Below, piece after piece: positions 1-9,303 of a stretch of 64,000 nt of DNA (positions are counted from its first letter, which is position 1; each line of letters begins with the position of its first letter). Source of the DNA: a virus; IMG/VR virus record IMGVR_UViG_3300050821_007764, positions 1 through 64,000 of that record. One strand, 5' to 3'. Position numbers and translations under genes: made by a program. The notes under the pieces are model-generated. The model worked only from the letters and a program-made list of their open reading frames with translations. It was not told where the DNA came from and ran no database searches.

Positions 1-136
1 TGGCCGCATATTCGTCCACCGCTCGCATCGCGATCCGGAGCCGCACTTCGGTGGGCTGTTGCATGAGTCGTCGGAGTACTGCTTCGACTACGGGTCTGCT
101 GACGGCGCTGTTCGGTCGTTTGATCAGTGGTGCCAT
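1..136 (-). CDS. partial CDS running off the window (MAPLIKRPNSAVSRP...), probably the first gene of a leftward operon
   Basis: ATG at complement 134-136, open to the window edge. Confidence 0.45.
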   Translation of the reverse strand, partial: MAPLIKRPNSAVSRPVVEAVLRRLMQQPTEVRLRIAMRAVDEYAA

Positions 137-185
137 TTTGTCAGTCTACTCGATCCACAAAGTTGAGTCTCCTAGACTCAATTAG

Positions 186-203
186 TGTGCGAGAACTCGC
201 ACA
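186..203. promoter_or_regulatory. perfect inverted repeat TGTGCGAG-AA-CTCGCACA, candidate operator
   Basis: 8-bp arms, 50 nt upstream of the leftward ATG; related TGCGAGAAGTGA inside two promoters. Confidence 0.5.
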
Positions 204-326
204 TTTTACAACCTGTAAAGGTGAACCTCGCGCGAGATCGTACACCGTACGCAGTTCTCTGACCTGCACAGATCGTCATTTTGTCCTACTTTGTAATTTC
301 CCCAGGAAAATGGTATATCCCAACTC

Positions 327-452
327 AGCATATGTTGACCACCCCCACAGGGAATATTATGTATCGGTTCGTAGCATATGTTTGACCACCCCCAGCGCAG
401 TAAAAGGAGGTGGGTACCCCCTCCCCCGTGCCCCCTGCCTGGGGGTGGGTCA
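327..452. repeat. direct repeats AGCATATGTT(T)GACCACCCCCA (327-347, 373-394) plus a partial inverted copy (441-452)
   Basis: read directly from sequence. Confidence 0.7.
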
Positions 453-456
453 CCGT

Positions 457-981
457 CTACACCCCTTCAACCCCCTGTACGCCCTCCTGGGCCTCGATTC
501 CGGCCTGGACGGACACACGCAGCCTCGTGGCGTCCACTGCGTCCTCCAGGGCCTTGTGGGCGGCTTTCCAGGCGTCTTTCTCGCGGGTGACGGCCTGGCG
601 CAGGCTCATGCCCCGGTGGGTGGGTGTGGGGGTGTGTTCGAGGGGGGCTTCCCAGGCCAGGTTCTCGGCCCTGTCGTCCCAGCGGTATCCGTTGAGGTGG
701 ACGGGTTTGCTGTCGGGGGCTGGTTTGTTGCCGAGGAAGGTGTCGGCTACGAGCATGTCGACGCGGTAGAGGCGGCTCTGTCCGTGGTGGAGGTCGCTGA
801 GCCAGACGGTGCGCCGGTCTCCGCTGGGGTTGTCGGGCCCTTCACCTCCCTTGATGATCTTCCCCTCGAAGCCGTAGTTCTGGCTGCGTACGCGTCCGAG
901 GGTGCTGACTTCGTAGCGGCTCTCCTCATTGAAGCGGTCGATGATCTTGCGCCATTCCTCGTTTTCGGTGTCCATAGGCAC
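457..981 (-). CDS. NUMOD4 / HNH homing-endonuclease-like protein
   Basis: EEWRKI..YEVSTLGRVRS (NUMOD4); VDMLVADTFLG..HLNG..DDRAENLAW (HNH_3-like). Confidence 0.8.
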   Translation of the reverse strand: MPMDTENEEWRKIIDRFNEESRYEVSTLGRVRSQNYGFEGKIIKGGEGPDNPSGDRRTVWLSDLHHGQSRLYRVDMLVADTFLGNKPAPDSKPVHLNGYRWDDRAENLAWEAPLEHTPTPTHRGMSLRQAVTREKDAWKAAHKALEDAVDATRLRVSVQAGIEAQEGVQGVEGV

Positions 982-1506
982 ACTCTACCAAACCAGTGTT
1001 GAGGTCACAAGGCGGGCAGGTTTGTTCCGTGTCCTCTTTCCTCCAGTATTAGAGTCGTACATTTTCACTACACCACTTCAGTGCACTGTTTTTACACTGC
1101 TCTTCCAGAAAAATCCCACCAGAAATCACCTACCTATCCTACCTCTGTTTCATAACCCCAGGTCAGAAGCTTTTATTAGGTACCTGGCAGGCCACCTCAG
1201 CCCACCTCCCCACCTACTAAGGTAGTTATAGCGTCACTCTCTGTTATGTATCAGTTACTCTCCGCTTGATGCAACGTACTGAGACAGCACAAGCTGCCGA
1301 CAATACTGCTTCACGCCGTATCAGTTCCGTGTTGCTGACATGGCTAATTCCAGGAGTTTCACCGGTCGTCCAATCACACGGGTAGCTGTGTGACTTCCAA
1401 CGCCACGCACTCCCTCGTGTCACTGCCTACAGAGCCGTTCACAGCACATTTCGGTGTAGGGACCGGATGTCCTTGAGCGAGGCTGCGGTGTGATACGCTG
1501 GGTGGC

Positions 1507-2475
1507 ATGGTGACTGAAAGCACGAAGTTTGACCTGTCCTCTGTCCGGTCTGTCGACGTGGACGGCGATGAGTGGTACTGCCTCACGGATGTTGCAGCCG
1601 CAGTTGGTTGCGACGTTGATGACCCGGATCTGATGGGCGCGTTCCTCGGAACCGCCGTGGAGCACCGATCCGTCCGTATGTTGTACGGCTCGGACGGTAC
1701 TGCTCAGCAACTTCCGGTCGTTTCACGTACCGGTATGGCGCAGCTCCTCCTCGAATCCCCTCCGGCTGCACTGAAAGGTTTTGCCGTTTCGGTGCTTTTT
1801 GACGGACTGGCTTCGGTGCTGCGTCCGCAGGCCCAGGTACGTCGTGGTGCGGTCCGGCCGGTGACGCAGTGGGGTGAGCAGCCCGCTCGTCAGGTGATGC
1901 GGGGGAAGGGGGTGTCGGTGTCGGCGCTGCGGGATCTGGTGAATGTGGTTCCGGGCCGGGAGCATGCCTCGTATGCGGTGTCGACGTTGAACGCGGTGCT
2001 GTTCGGGCGTCAGTTGCCGTCGGCGGATCTGGTGTACCGGGTGCAGTACGTGTTGCAGCGTCCGCCGTCGGATTTGTTCTCGTCGGGTGTGGTGGGGGCG
2101 GTGGCTGAACGGGGCAAGGCGGCCCCTTCACCTGCGGAGCGTCCCCGTCCGAAGACCCTGGGCATGGTGAAGAGCGCCCCGTCGGATCTCTCCTCGCAGG
2201 AGGGTTTCACCCCCTCGGTCCTCACGGTTCCGGACAAGCCTTCGAGGGTGCCGAACCCCTCGGTGTCTTCGGAGGAGTTGGAGGGGGCTGCCGCTCGTGC
2301 GTATCAGGAGGCTCTGGATTCGCAGTTCGACCCTGACTCGGATCCCCACGCCCTCGCCGCCGTCCCGCTGACGGTCCCCTCGGAGGAGGAGTTCGACGCG
2401 GCGATGGTGGAGGCGTTTGGTGTGGGGGGTCTGGATCCGTCCGGGATCCTGCCTACCTCGGATCCTTCCCTCTAG
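1507..2475 (+). CDS. Bro-N domain protein with central HTH-like region and acidic tail
   Basis: VRSVDVDGDEWYCLTDVAAAVG Bro-N signature. Confidence 0.7.
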   Translation: MVTESTKFDLSSVRSVDVDGDEWYCLTDVAAAVGCDVDDPDLMGAFLGTAVEHRSVRMLYGSDGTAQQLPVVSRTGMAQLLLESPPAALKGFAVSVLFDGLASVLRPQAQVRRGAVRPVTQWGEQPARQVMRGKGVSVSALRDLVNVVPGREHASYAVSTLNAVLFGRQLPSADLVYRVQYVLQRPPSDLFSSGVVGAVAERGKAAPSPAERPRPKTLGMVKSAPSDLSSQEGFTPSVLTVPDKPSRVPNPSVSSEELEGAAARAYQEALDSQFDPDSDPHALAAVPLTVPSEEEFDAAMVEAFGVGGLDPSGILPTSDPSL

Positions 2476-2675
2476 GTTCCTAGTCTTTCCTTCCCACCTT
2501 ACCCACGTCAATCCTTCCCACCTCAATCCCTCACCACCAGTCTTCCATCCCACCTCACTACCCCCGTAGGTGGGATGGATCGGGGGTGTCGGGGCGTCTT
2601 CCACTCGCCTCGGCACCCCTTTTGTCCGGGTCTGTCCTATTTCCTGACTCCGGGAAAACGTCTGTTGTACCGTTC

Positions 2676-2704
2676 TTGACACTTATCCCGGTAGGTTGTA
2701 CCGT
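2676..2704 (+). promoter_or_regulatory. sigma70/HrdB-type promoter
   Basis: TTGACA-N17-TACCGT. Confidence 0.6.
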
Positions 2705-2730
2705 AGAGATACATCAAGGAAAGAGGAATC

Positions 2731-3003
2731 ATGTCGGACATGGAACTGGATACCGAGTATGTGTATCAGGACATCATCTCGGGCCGGTGGACGTCGCGGA
2801 TGCTGTCCCGGGTAGAGGCGTACGAGACGGTGGGCGCGTCGCTGCACATCGGGGACGACGCGGTCGTGCGGTACCGGGTGCTGCTGCCGGACGGGAGCCC
2901 CCGGGTGCTGCTGGCGGTGTTCTTCCGGGGGCAGCTGAAGGGGGTGTTCGTGCTGGAGGACTACGACCGTCTCCGGCGTCCCGAGAACATCATCGGCATC
3001 TGA
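2731..3003 (+). CDS. hypothetical protein
   Basis: RBS GAGGA, ATG, promoter upstream. Confidence 0.75.
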   Translation: MSDMELDTEYVYQDIISGRWTSRMLSRVEAYETVGASLHIGDDAVVRYRVLLPDGSPRVLLAVFFRGQLKGVFVLEDYDRLRRPENIIGI

Positions 3004-3040
3004 CCCTATTCCCTCGACTCTCCCCTCCCCGCTTCTGTTT

Positions 3041-3586
3041 GTGTACGATCTGTATATCCGCTCTCCAGTGTCAGGTTTTTCTGTGCGTGAGTTCACTCGT
3101 GGTTCCCTGTGGGTGCTGGGTCTGGCCCCGGTGGTGATCTATATTTCGTCGACGGGCACGTTGCTGGTGCGGTCGGCTCTGTATCCGGCTCCGCCTCGTC
3201 CGGTCATGTCGGTGTCCTCCTCCTCCTCCTCCTCCTCCTCCTCGCCTCCGTCTTTCTCCCCCTCCCCCATCGCTTCCCGTACGCGTTCCTGGGTGTACAC
3301 GCCCCCGCGTTCATACGCCCCGGTGCACCCCTCTCCCACCTACGCCCCCTCGGCCCCCTCTTACGTCACCCCCTCGGTTCACCCGTCTCCGCGTCTGTCG
3401 CGCACGTGGTCCCCGTCTCCGTCGGTGTCTCCTACGGGAGTCCCTTCACCGTCTTCGGTTCCCTCGTCTGCGCCTGTCTCTCCCCCGCCGTCTGCGCCGT
3501 CCGTGTCCGCGCCGACCTCGAATGCCTCGCCGTCCTCGGCCCCGTCTCCTGCCACAACTCCATACGTTCGAGTTGTGGTACAGTAG
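3041..3586 (+). CDS. Ser/Pro-rich protein with N-terminal hydrophobic segment (start uncertain)
   Basis: poly-Ser from (TCC)n, TM-like LWVLGLAPVVIYI. Confidence 0.45.
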   Translation: MYDLYIRSPVSGFSVREFTRGSLWVLGLAPVVIYISSTGTLLVRSALYPAPPRPVMSVSSSSSSSSSSPPSFSPSPIASRTRSWVYTPPRSYAPVHPSPTYAPSAPSYVTPSVHPSPRLSRTWSPSPSVSPTGVPSPSSVPSSAPVSPPPSAPSVSAPTSNASPSSAPSPATTPYVRVVVQ

Positions 3587-3615
3587 GGGCAAAGGAATCC
3601 AGGAAAGGAAGCGCA

Positions 3616-3753
3616 GTGAAGCTCTTTGTGCGTGTCTCGGTCACCGTCCTTCTCACCGTCTCGGTGCTCGCCCTGTCGGCGTGTAAGTCGGCAGGCAACG
3701 TGAAGCAGGTTCCGGCGTCGGGTGCGACGGTTGTGGTGCGGTCTCTGTACTAG
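3616..3753 (+). CDS. small lipoprotein
   Basis: RBS, GTG start, MKLFVRVSVTVLLTVSVLALSAC lipobox. Confidence 0.65.
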   Translation: MKLFVRVSVTVLLTVSVLALSACKSAGNVKQVPASGATVVVRSLY

Positions 3754-3821
3754 GCCGGGTTACGCATCTGCGTAAGCTGGCTGACCTGCGTTTTTGGCGG
3801 CCCGTGCTTTGGTGCGGGCCG

Positions 3822-4658
3822 CTATGGCGTAACGGCGAGTCGGCGTTTTCCGGCGATGTTGATCTCGCTGTCGATCACACTGATCCACAGTTCCATGGTG
3901 ATGTGCACGCCGTCCTCGGAAAAGTCGCTGGCGCGGGTGGCGATGTCCCGGACAAGCCGGTTGAGCCGACGCAGTTCGGCTTCGTAGAGGTAGTTCTTGG
4001 CTGTGTCGTAGTCCTTCTGGACGGGCTTTCCGCGTTTTCCGTATGACCACGTCTGGATGGGTCGCATGTGTTTGATCTGGCTGGCCGTGAAGCCGGTGAT
4101 GTCCCTGTACAGCTTGTTCTGGAACTCGCTGAAGTAGTGGGTGTTGTTCCGATCGGTTTTGTTGTAGTCCGGCGCGTTGTCAGTGATCATGTCGAGGAGC
4201 TGCCGGTAGTCGAGTTTTTCCCGCGCTCGTGCCTGCTGGAGCGGTGTGAGCACGGCTACCGGTGTGGGGGTTTCGTACCGGCCGGTTTTGCGGAGGGTCG
4301 GCAGCACCTCGTGGGTGACCCAGCGTTTGAAGTCCTTGGCCTGCTGCTTCTCGCTCCAGAGGATCAAGGAATAGAGGCCAGGCTCGTTGACGACGGTCAT
4401 CGGTCGGTGCGGCGGCTGCCCGTCTGGCTGACGTACATTGGGGCTGACCTGCGAAAATTCGGCCAGACGGTAGTCGTCGTCTTCGAGGCGGCGCACCGCG
4501 CTGGGGGTGTGGTTGTACCCCAGCACCTCGCACACGTCGGCCGCGACCCACCACGGCTCGCCGTCGATGATGATCATGCGGACGGGCTGCCCCGTGGTGG
4601 GGAAGACCAGCGGGTTGGCCTGCTCGGTCTTAGGAATGCTAAGGTTGGTATCGTTCAT
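3822..4658 (-). CDS. Bro-N antirepressor-like protein
   Basis: VRMIIIDGEPWWVAADVCEVLG..VNEPGLYSLIL..AKDFKRWVTHEVLPTLRKTGRY. Confidence 0.9.
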   Translation of the reverse strand: MNDTNLSIPKTEQANPLVFPTTGQPVRMIIIDGEPWWVAADVCEVLGYNHTPSAVRRLEDDDYRLAEFSQVSPNVRQPDGQPPHRPMTVVNEPGLYSLILWSEKQQAKDFKRWVTHEVLPTLRKTGRYETPTPVAVLTPLQQARAREKLDYRQLLDMITDNAPDYNKTDRNNTHYFSEFQNKLYRDITGFTASQIKHMRPIQTWSYGKRGKPVQKDYDTAKNYLYEAELRRLNRLVRDIATRASDFSEDGVHITMELWISVIDSEINIAGKRRLAVTP

Positions 4659-4782
4659 CGAGTACTCCAGCCTGCTCGTGGACCATTCCCCCGGCGACTC
4701 CCATCGCGCGGGGGTGTTTCTTGTTTCGCCGCGATCTTAGCACTCCGGGTTGTGTGCGGACGATTACAGGCGTATTCGGCTC

Positions 4783-4811
4783 TTGACACACTTCCTCGCA
4801 TGGTCTAGTGT
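4783..4811 (+). promoter_or_regulatory. sigma70/HrdB-type promoter
   Basis: TTGACA-N17-TAGTGT. Confidence 0.75.
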
Positions 4812-4852
4812 CATACCTGTCAGCAGGTACCAGGAAAGCGGGAGGCGTGATC

Positions 4853-5122
4853 ATGGACCGCATCGTGTGGAAGCAGCGCACGGGTCTGGGTGTGTCGGGC
4901 TGGACGGGGACGGTGGGCCGCCTGCAGCTGTTCACGGTCTCGCGTTCGATGGTGCGCGGCGAGGGGTGGAAGCTGTCGACGCGGCTGCCGTGGCATCTGA
5001 TCGAGTCGCGTTCCTGCGGCGCGGAGGACGCTGTGAAGGCGTATGCGGAGCAGGTGGTGTCACGGTTCTTGATGGCCACGGGTGCGGTGTGGCCGGACCG
5101 GGAGGTGTCTGATGCCGAGTAA
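4853..5122 (+). CDS. hypothetical protein
   Basis: GGAGG RBS, ATG. Confidence 0.7.
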   Translation: MDRIVWKQRTGLGVSGWTGTVGRLQLFTVSRSMVRGEGWKLSTRLPWHLIESRSCGAEDAVKAYAEQVVSRFLMATGAVWPDREVSDAE

Positions 5123-5363
5123 CCGTCCAACCGTCCGTCAGGTCCAGGATGCCTTGCGGCAGTTGAACCAGGCGCAGGAGTCCCTGGCGCAGTTCCTGGA
5201 CCCGGGGGACGAGAACTGCCACGTGCGTCCCTCGGCGCGCACCGAGTCAGGTGCGTACTTGTCCTCCTGGGTGGGCTCTCCCCTCGATCTGGCGGTCAAG
5301 CGTCTGGAGTGTGCGTTGGAGGGCCGTCCGTACCGTGCGTGGGACGAGTCGGAGTCGGTGTAG
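5112..5363 (+). CDS. hypothetical protein
   Basis: GGAGG RBS, overlaps upstream gene. Confidence 0.7.
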   Translation: MPSNRPTVRQVQDALRQLNQAQESLAQFLDPGDENCHVRPSARTESGAYLSSWVGSPLDLAVKRLECALEGRPYRAWDESESV

Positions 5364-5398
5364 TGCCCCGTAGTCGGAGAAGTGAGGGATGGAGAAGC

Positions 5399-5605
5399 AT
5401 GGCCAAGGAGAAGAAGGCGAAGCCCCCGAAGGTGGAGAAGCAGAAGGGGCGGGGTTCCGGCGGGACACTGTCGGAGGAGGAGCTGCGGAAGATCGTGGAC
5501 CGCAGGAAGAAGGACCGTCCGGATCCGGGTGTGGATGACTCGGAGCAGACGGCCCGGGATGCACGGCTGGTCGACGACGCGTACGACAAGGACAACGACA
5601 AGTAG
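5399..5605 (+). CDS. small charged hypothetical protein
   Basis: RBS, ATG, G/C-ending codons. Confidence 0.7.
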   Translation: MAKEKKAKPPKVEKQKGRGSGGTLSEEELRKIVDRRKKDRPDPGVDDSEQTARDARLVDDAYDKDNDK

Positions 5606-5637
5606 CTTCCGGGCTCAGCAGAACAGGGAGGGCGGTC

Positions 5638-5841
5638 ATGGAGCAGGAGTACACCCCGCAGGACGGGAAGCCGGGGGATGTCGCGGCGATGCGTACAGGC
5701 AACCGGACGTTCGAGACGGTGTTCTGCACGGTGCACGGGTGGGTGGACAAGCGCGGGGATCTGGTGCGGCCCGGCGAGTTGTCGCTTCTGGCGCGCGGTG
5801 ACGGGATGCTGGCTCCGCGCGGTGAGTTCGAGGACGAGTAG
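5638..5841 (+). CDS. hypothetical protein
   Basis: GGAGG RBS, ATG. Confidence 0.7.
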   Translation: MEQEYTPQDGKPGDVAAMRTGNRTFETVFCTVHGWVDKRGDLVRPGELSLLARGDGMLAPRGEFEDE

Positions 5842-5846
5842 TGCAG

Positions 5847-5878
5847 ACGGTCGGCGTGCCTTCGGGTGCGCCGACCGT
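5847..5878 (+). terminator. stem-loop with cUUCGg tetraloop
   Basis: ACGGTCGGCGTGCC-TTCG-GGTGCGCCGACCGT. Confidence 0.55.
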
Positions 5879-5911
5879 ACGTTCGTTAAGGAGAAAGGGA
5901 AGGGAGCAGTT

Positions 5912-6481
5912 ATGGCTGTGTCGAAGGATCGTCTGCCGACGCCTACGGTGGCGGAGCTGGTGCGGTTGAACTCGGAGGAGGGTCTGACGGTGACGCAGAT
6001 CGCCCGGCGTTTCCGGGTGGATGTGTCGGCTGTGTCGACGCGTTTCCGGCGTGCGGGTCTGGTTCCGGTGAAGTATTACGCGCGGGATGCGGCGCGTCGT
6101 GCCCTGGAGCGTGCGGAGCGGGGGGAGGTGGTGCAGCGGTCTGCCGGGCAGTCCCTGGGTCGTCCTTCCTCGGTTCACCCCAGGTGGGCGGAGATTGTGC
6201 GGGATTACCGGGCGGGTGATTCGACGGTGGTGCTGGCGGCGCGGTACGGGGTTCTGGCGTCGTCGTTGCACCGGAAGCTGAAGGCGGAGCCGGGGTTGGT
6301 GAAGCGCACCCCCTCGGAGGCGTCGTTGGTGGCGTTCCGTCAGTCGGTGGAGGCGTCCCAGTGGCGTCTGCGGGTGCGTACGGGTGCGCTGGTGGCCCTG
6401 GCGGGGGAGCTGTACGTGGACCCTGCCGTGCTGCGTGAGGCTCTGATCCGGCACGGTCTGTTCCTGTTCGACGAGGACTAG
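5912..6481 (+). CDS. HTH DNA-binding protein (two HTH-like repeats)
   Basis: EGLTVTQIARRFRVDVSAVSTRF; GDSTVVLAARYGV. Confidence 0.7.
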   Translation: MAVSKDRLPTPTVAELVRLNSEEGLTVTQIARRFRVDVSAVSTRFRRAGLVPVKYYARDAARRALERAERGEVVQRSAGQSLGRPSSVHPRWAEIVRDYRAGDSTVVLAARYGVLASSLHRKLKAEPGLVKRTPSEASLVAFRQSVEASQWRLRVRTGALVALAGELYVDPAVLREALIRHGLFLFDED

Positions 6482-6507
6482 ACACAACTCCCAACACCCT
6501 GTAGTGT
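6479..6507 (+). promoter_or_regulatory. HrdB-type promoter
   Basis: TAGACA-N17-TAGTGT followed by a CAGGAA-repeat leader. Confidence 0.65.
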
Positions 6508-6545
6508 TTGAGTTGTCAACCAGACAGGAACAGGAAAGAGGAGTC

Positions 6546-6851
6546 ATGGCAACGCACTACCCCCCTCGGATCCAGCAGGACGTGGACCGGTTCGAGGACC
6601 AGAAGGACGTGTTCCTCAAGGAGGCCACGCCGCAGGAGATCGTCGAGGGGGTGGGGAAGGCGTCCCGGCATCTGGAGCGCGAGGCGGAGCGGGCCAACCT
6701 CAACTTCAACCACACGAACAACGCGACGTCTCTGGTGTGCAGTGCGGCACTGGAGCTGGATCGGCGTCTGGCCGCGGCTCAGGCCCGTATCGCGGAGCTG
6801 GAGCTCCAGGTTGCGGAGCTCCAGGTTGCCGCGCCGGAGGTGCAGTCATGA
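6546..6851 (+). CDS. coiled-coil hypothetical protein
   Basis: RBS GAGGAG, heptad C-terminus. Confidence 0.75.
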   Translation: MATHYPPRIQQDVDRFEDQKDVFLKEATPQEIVEGVGKASRHLEREAERANLNFNHTNNATSLVCSAALELDRRLAAAQARIAELELQVAELQVAAPEVQS

Positions 6852-7201
6852 CGTACGTGCAGCCCCCGGTGGGCAGCAGGGTCCGGGTCACGGTCGAGGG
6901 CACGGTGGAGGAGTCCCACGCGTACTCGATGCAGCTCACTTCGGGTCTGTACCTGGAGTGGGATGAGGACGGTGCCACTCCCCCCTCGGTCCAGATCCTC
7001 GCCCCGGATTTCCGGATGGGCGACGTTGGTTCGTACCGGAACTCCAGCGGCGAGCCCCGGACGGTGTTCTACATGTGCCTGCCGGGCAGGTCGTCGGGCT
7101 GGTACAACGCGCAGGGCACCCCGGTCCATTTCGACACCAACCAGCATCCGGAGATGGTGGTCCGGTACGACGGCGCGCTGGTGAAGGAGATCGTGCGGTG
7201 A
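6848..7201 (+). CDS. hypothetical beta-rich protein, paralog 1
   Basis: GSRVRVTVEGTV..FRMGDVG; ATGA overlap. Confidence 0.75.
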   Translation: MTYVQPPVGSRVRVTVEGTVEESHAYSMQLTSGLYLEWDEDGATPPSVQILAPDFRMGDVGSYRNSSGEPRTVFYMCLPGRSSGWYNAQGTPVHFDTNQHPEMVVRYDGALVKEIVR

Positions 7202-7806
7202 ACGAGACCGTGCAGAAGGGGCACCGGGTCCGGATCGTCTTCGAGGGCGACGTCGTGGCAGTGCGGACGCATCACAACATGGTCCGGCTCCGCACCAGTG
7301 TCGACGGTGGCAAGGAGGGGTGGGTGACCTGGGACTCCAGTGTCACCCCCTCGATCGAGCAGTTGACCCCGAAGTACTCCCCAGGTGATATCGGCGTGTA
7401 TGAGGGTGTGTGCGACGTGCGGCTCACGGTGGTGTTCCGGGGTGAGCAGGCCGGGCATGCGGCGGGCTGGTATGACGTGCAGCCGCATTTCGCGAAGAAG
7501 GTGGCGTCTCCGTTCAACCCGAAAGTGCGTCTGCTGGTGCGCGCGGACGGCACGCCCGCCGACCAGCCTGCCCCCGTTCTTGCCCCGGCCCCCGAGAATC
7601 CCCCGTATGTGCCGCAGGTGGGTGACGTGGCGCTGTGCACGTTCGACGGTGTCCCGCACACGATCATGCGCACCAGGACCGCGCCCAATTACGTGGCGTG
7701 GGTGGACGAGACCGGTCTCCCTCGGCTGGTGGATCCGAAGCTCATGAATTTCGAGCTGGTGGTCTCCGGCGGGAAGCTGGTGGAGGGGGTGGGTGTCCGT
7801 GACTGA
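7198..7806 (+). CDS. hypothetical beta-rich protein, paralog 2
   Basis: GHRVRIVFEGDV..YSPGDIG..PQVGDVA; GTGA overlap. Confidence 0.75.
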   Translation: MNETVQKGHRVRIVFEGDVVAVRTHHNMVRLRTSVDGGKEGWVTWDSSVTPSIEQLTPKYSPGDIGVYEGVCDVRLTVVFRGEQAGHAAGWYDVQPHFAKKVASPFNPKVRLLVRADGTPADQPAPVLAPAPENPPYVPQVGDVALCTFDGVPHTIMRTRTAPNYVAWVDETGLPRLVDPKLMNFELVVSGGKLVEGVGVRD

Positions 7807-8173
7807 CTTCGTGCCCCCTCGGGTGGGTGATGTGGTGCGGGTGACGCTGGAGGGCACGGTCACCAGTACGCGGAAGTTCGTGCACGACGGCGGCCAGATC
7901 GAGTTGACGATGAGTCCCGGGATGGTGGGTTTCACCGGCTCGGTGCGGTGGGGTGACTCGGTGTTCCCAGAGGTGCGGGTTATCCGGGCGGCGTACCGGC
8001 CAGGTGACGTGGCGGACATCACGCGGAGCAGCGGCGTGGTGGAGCGTGCGATGTTCCTGCGTTACCCGAACGGCGAGGAGGTGTGGAAGACCCTCTCGGG
8101 CGCGACTTTGCGGGCGCTCGCTACGTCGCAGATCAAGCTCGTCTTCCCGGCCGAGTGCGGGGAGGGGTCCTGA
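7793..8173 (+). CDS. hypothetical beta-rich protein, paralog 3
   Basis: GDVVRVTLEGTV..YRPGDVA. Confidence 0.75.
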   Translation: MSVTDFVPPRVGDVVRVTLEGTVTSTRKFVHDGGQIELTMSPGMVGFTGSVRWGDSVFPEVRVIRAAYRPGDVADITRSSGVVERAMFLRYPNGEEVWKTLSGATLRALATSQIKLVFPAECGEGS

Positions 8174-8457
8174 TGTTCCGTTTTCTGCACGCGGTTTTAT
8201 ACGTGGCGTCGGGCAGTGCGGACCGGGACCGGCGGGTGCGCAGGGAGGTGTCGCGTCTCGCGGAGGAGCTGGCCCCGGTGCTGCTGCGGGAGGCGGCGTG
8301 CCGGATCCGGCGGTTCTACCTGACGCGGCCTGCGTCCCGGTCTCCGGAGTACGACCGGGGGTACGGTGATGCGGTGCTGGATATCACGCGGGTGCTGGAG
8401 CTGGGTCCGCAGGTTCCTGCCCAGCGCCGTCCTCGGTCTGGTTCGTCTACAAAGTAG
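8173..8457 (+). CDS. hypothetical protein
   Basis: TGATG coupling, RBS. Confidence 0.65.
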   Translation: MFRFLHAVLYVASGSADRDRRVRREVSRLAEELAPVLLREAACRIRRFYLTRPASRSPEYDRGYGDAVLDITRVLELGPQVPAQRRPRSGSSTK

Positions 8458-8460
8458 GGA

Positions 8461-8757
8461 GTGTACGGAATGGATCTGGACAGGATGCGGCAGCAGGCGG
8501 AGCCGATGATCACCCGGGGCCTGGACAGGTTCGCGCACCGCGCCGACCTGGCCATCAGTTTCACGGTGGCGGGGGTGGAGATCACCTCGAAGTCGCACAA
8601 TGACACCATTCTGGCGTTGGTGCACGGGTTGCTGGCTCCGGTGTTTTCGCAGGCAGGGTGGGGGTTCCGGTCCCGTCAGGGTTACCGGAAGCACACGCTG
8701 GTGTTCTCGCCGCCGCTCGATGCGGCTGCTACGGGCCGCCGTCGCGGGATGCGGTAG
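8461..8757 (+). CDS. hypothetical protein
   Basis: ORF tiling within operon. Confidence 0.6.
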   Translation: MYGMDLDRMRQQAEPMITRGLDRFAHRADLAISFTVAGVEITSKSHNDTILALVHGLLAPVFSQAGWGFRSRQGYRKHTLVFSPPLDAAATGRRRGMR

Positions 8758-8771
8758 AGGGGGGCAGGCGG

Positions 8772-9209
8772 ATGACCAACGACGAGGTTCTCGATCTGGC
8801 GTTCGAGGCGCTGAAGCACGCGGCTTCCGGTGAGCTGGAGGCTGCGTCGGACATTCTGACGCGGGTGCATGTGGACGGCCCGCAGAGTGTGACGTGGCTG
8901 CTGATCTCTCTGGCGGCGATCGGCCGGTCGTGTGTGGAGGCGGTGGCGGGTCCGGTGCCCCGGGAGGCGGTGGTGTCGGTGCAGCAGCTGCCGGGGGATG
9001 ACCGGGTGCAGTCTCCGGCGGAGCTGTTCGCGTCGCGGTTCTTCGGGGCGTACATGAACAATGACACGGATACGGCGCAGGCGTTGCTGGATGTGCTGTT
9101 CGATCAGGGTGAGGATGCGGTGGGGGACGGGGAGGTGGCGTTGCTGGCGCAGACGGTGCAGTTCGGTTCGATGGCTGCGCAGCTTGCCCCGGACGGCGAT
9201 TCGGAGTAG
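8772..9209 (+). CDS. hypothetical protein
   Basis: RBS, ATG, codon bias. Confidence 0.7.
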   Translation: MTNDEVLDLAFEALKHAASGELEAASDILTRVHVDGPQSVTWLLISLAAIGRSCVEAVAGPVPREAVVSVQQLPGDDRVQSPAELFASRFFGAYMNNDTDTAQALLDVLFDQGEDAVGDGEVALLAQTVQFGSMAAQLAPDGDSE

Positions 9210-9303
9210 ACCACACCCCCGGGGTGTGTTAGAGTTGACACAACAACAACAACAACAGCAGGAAACGGGATCAGGAAGAGGAAAGCATGGAAAGGATAAG
9301 GGT

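Noticed and set aside
3215-3243. (TCC)n microsatellite as a phase-variation switch
   Set aside because: Triplet repeat keeps the frame and simply encodes poly-Ser
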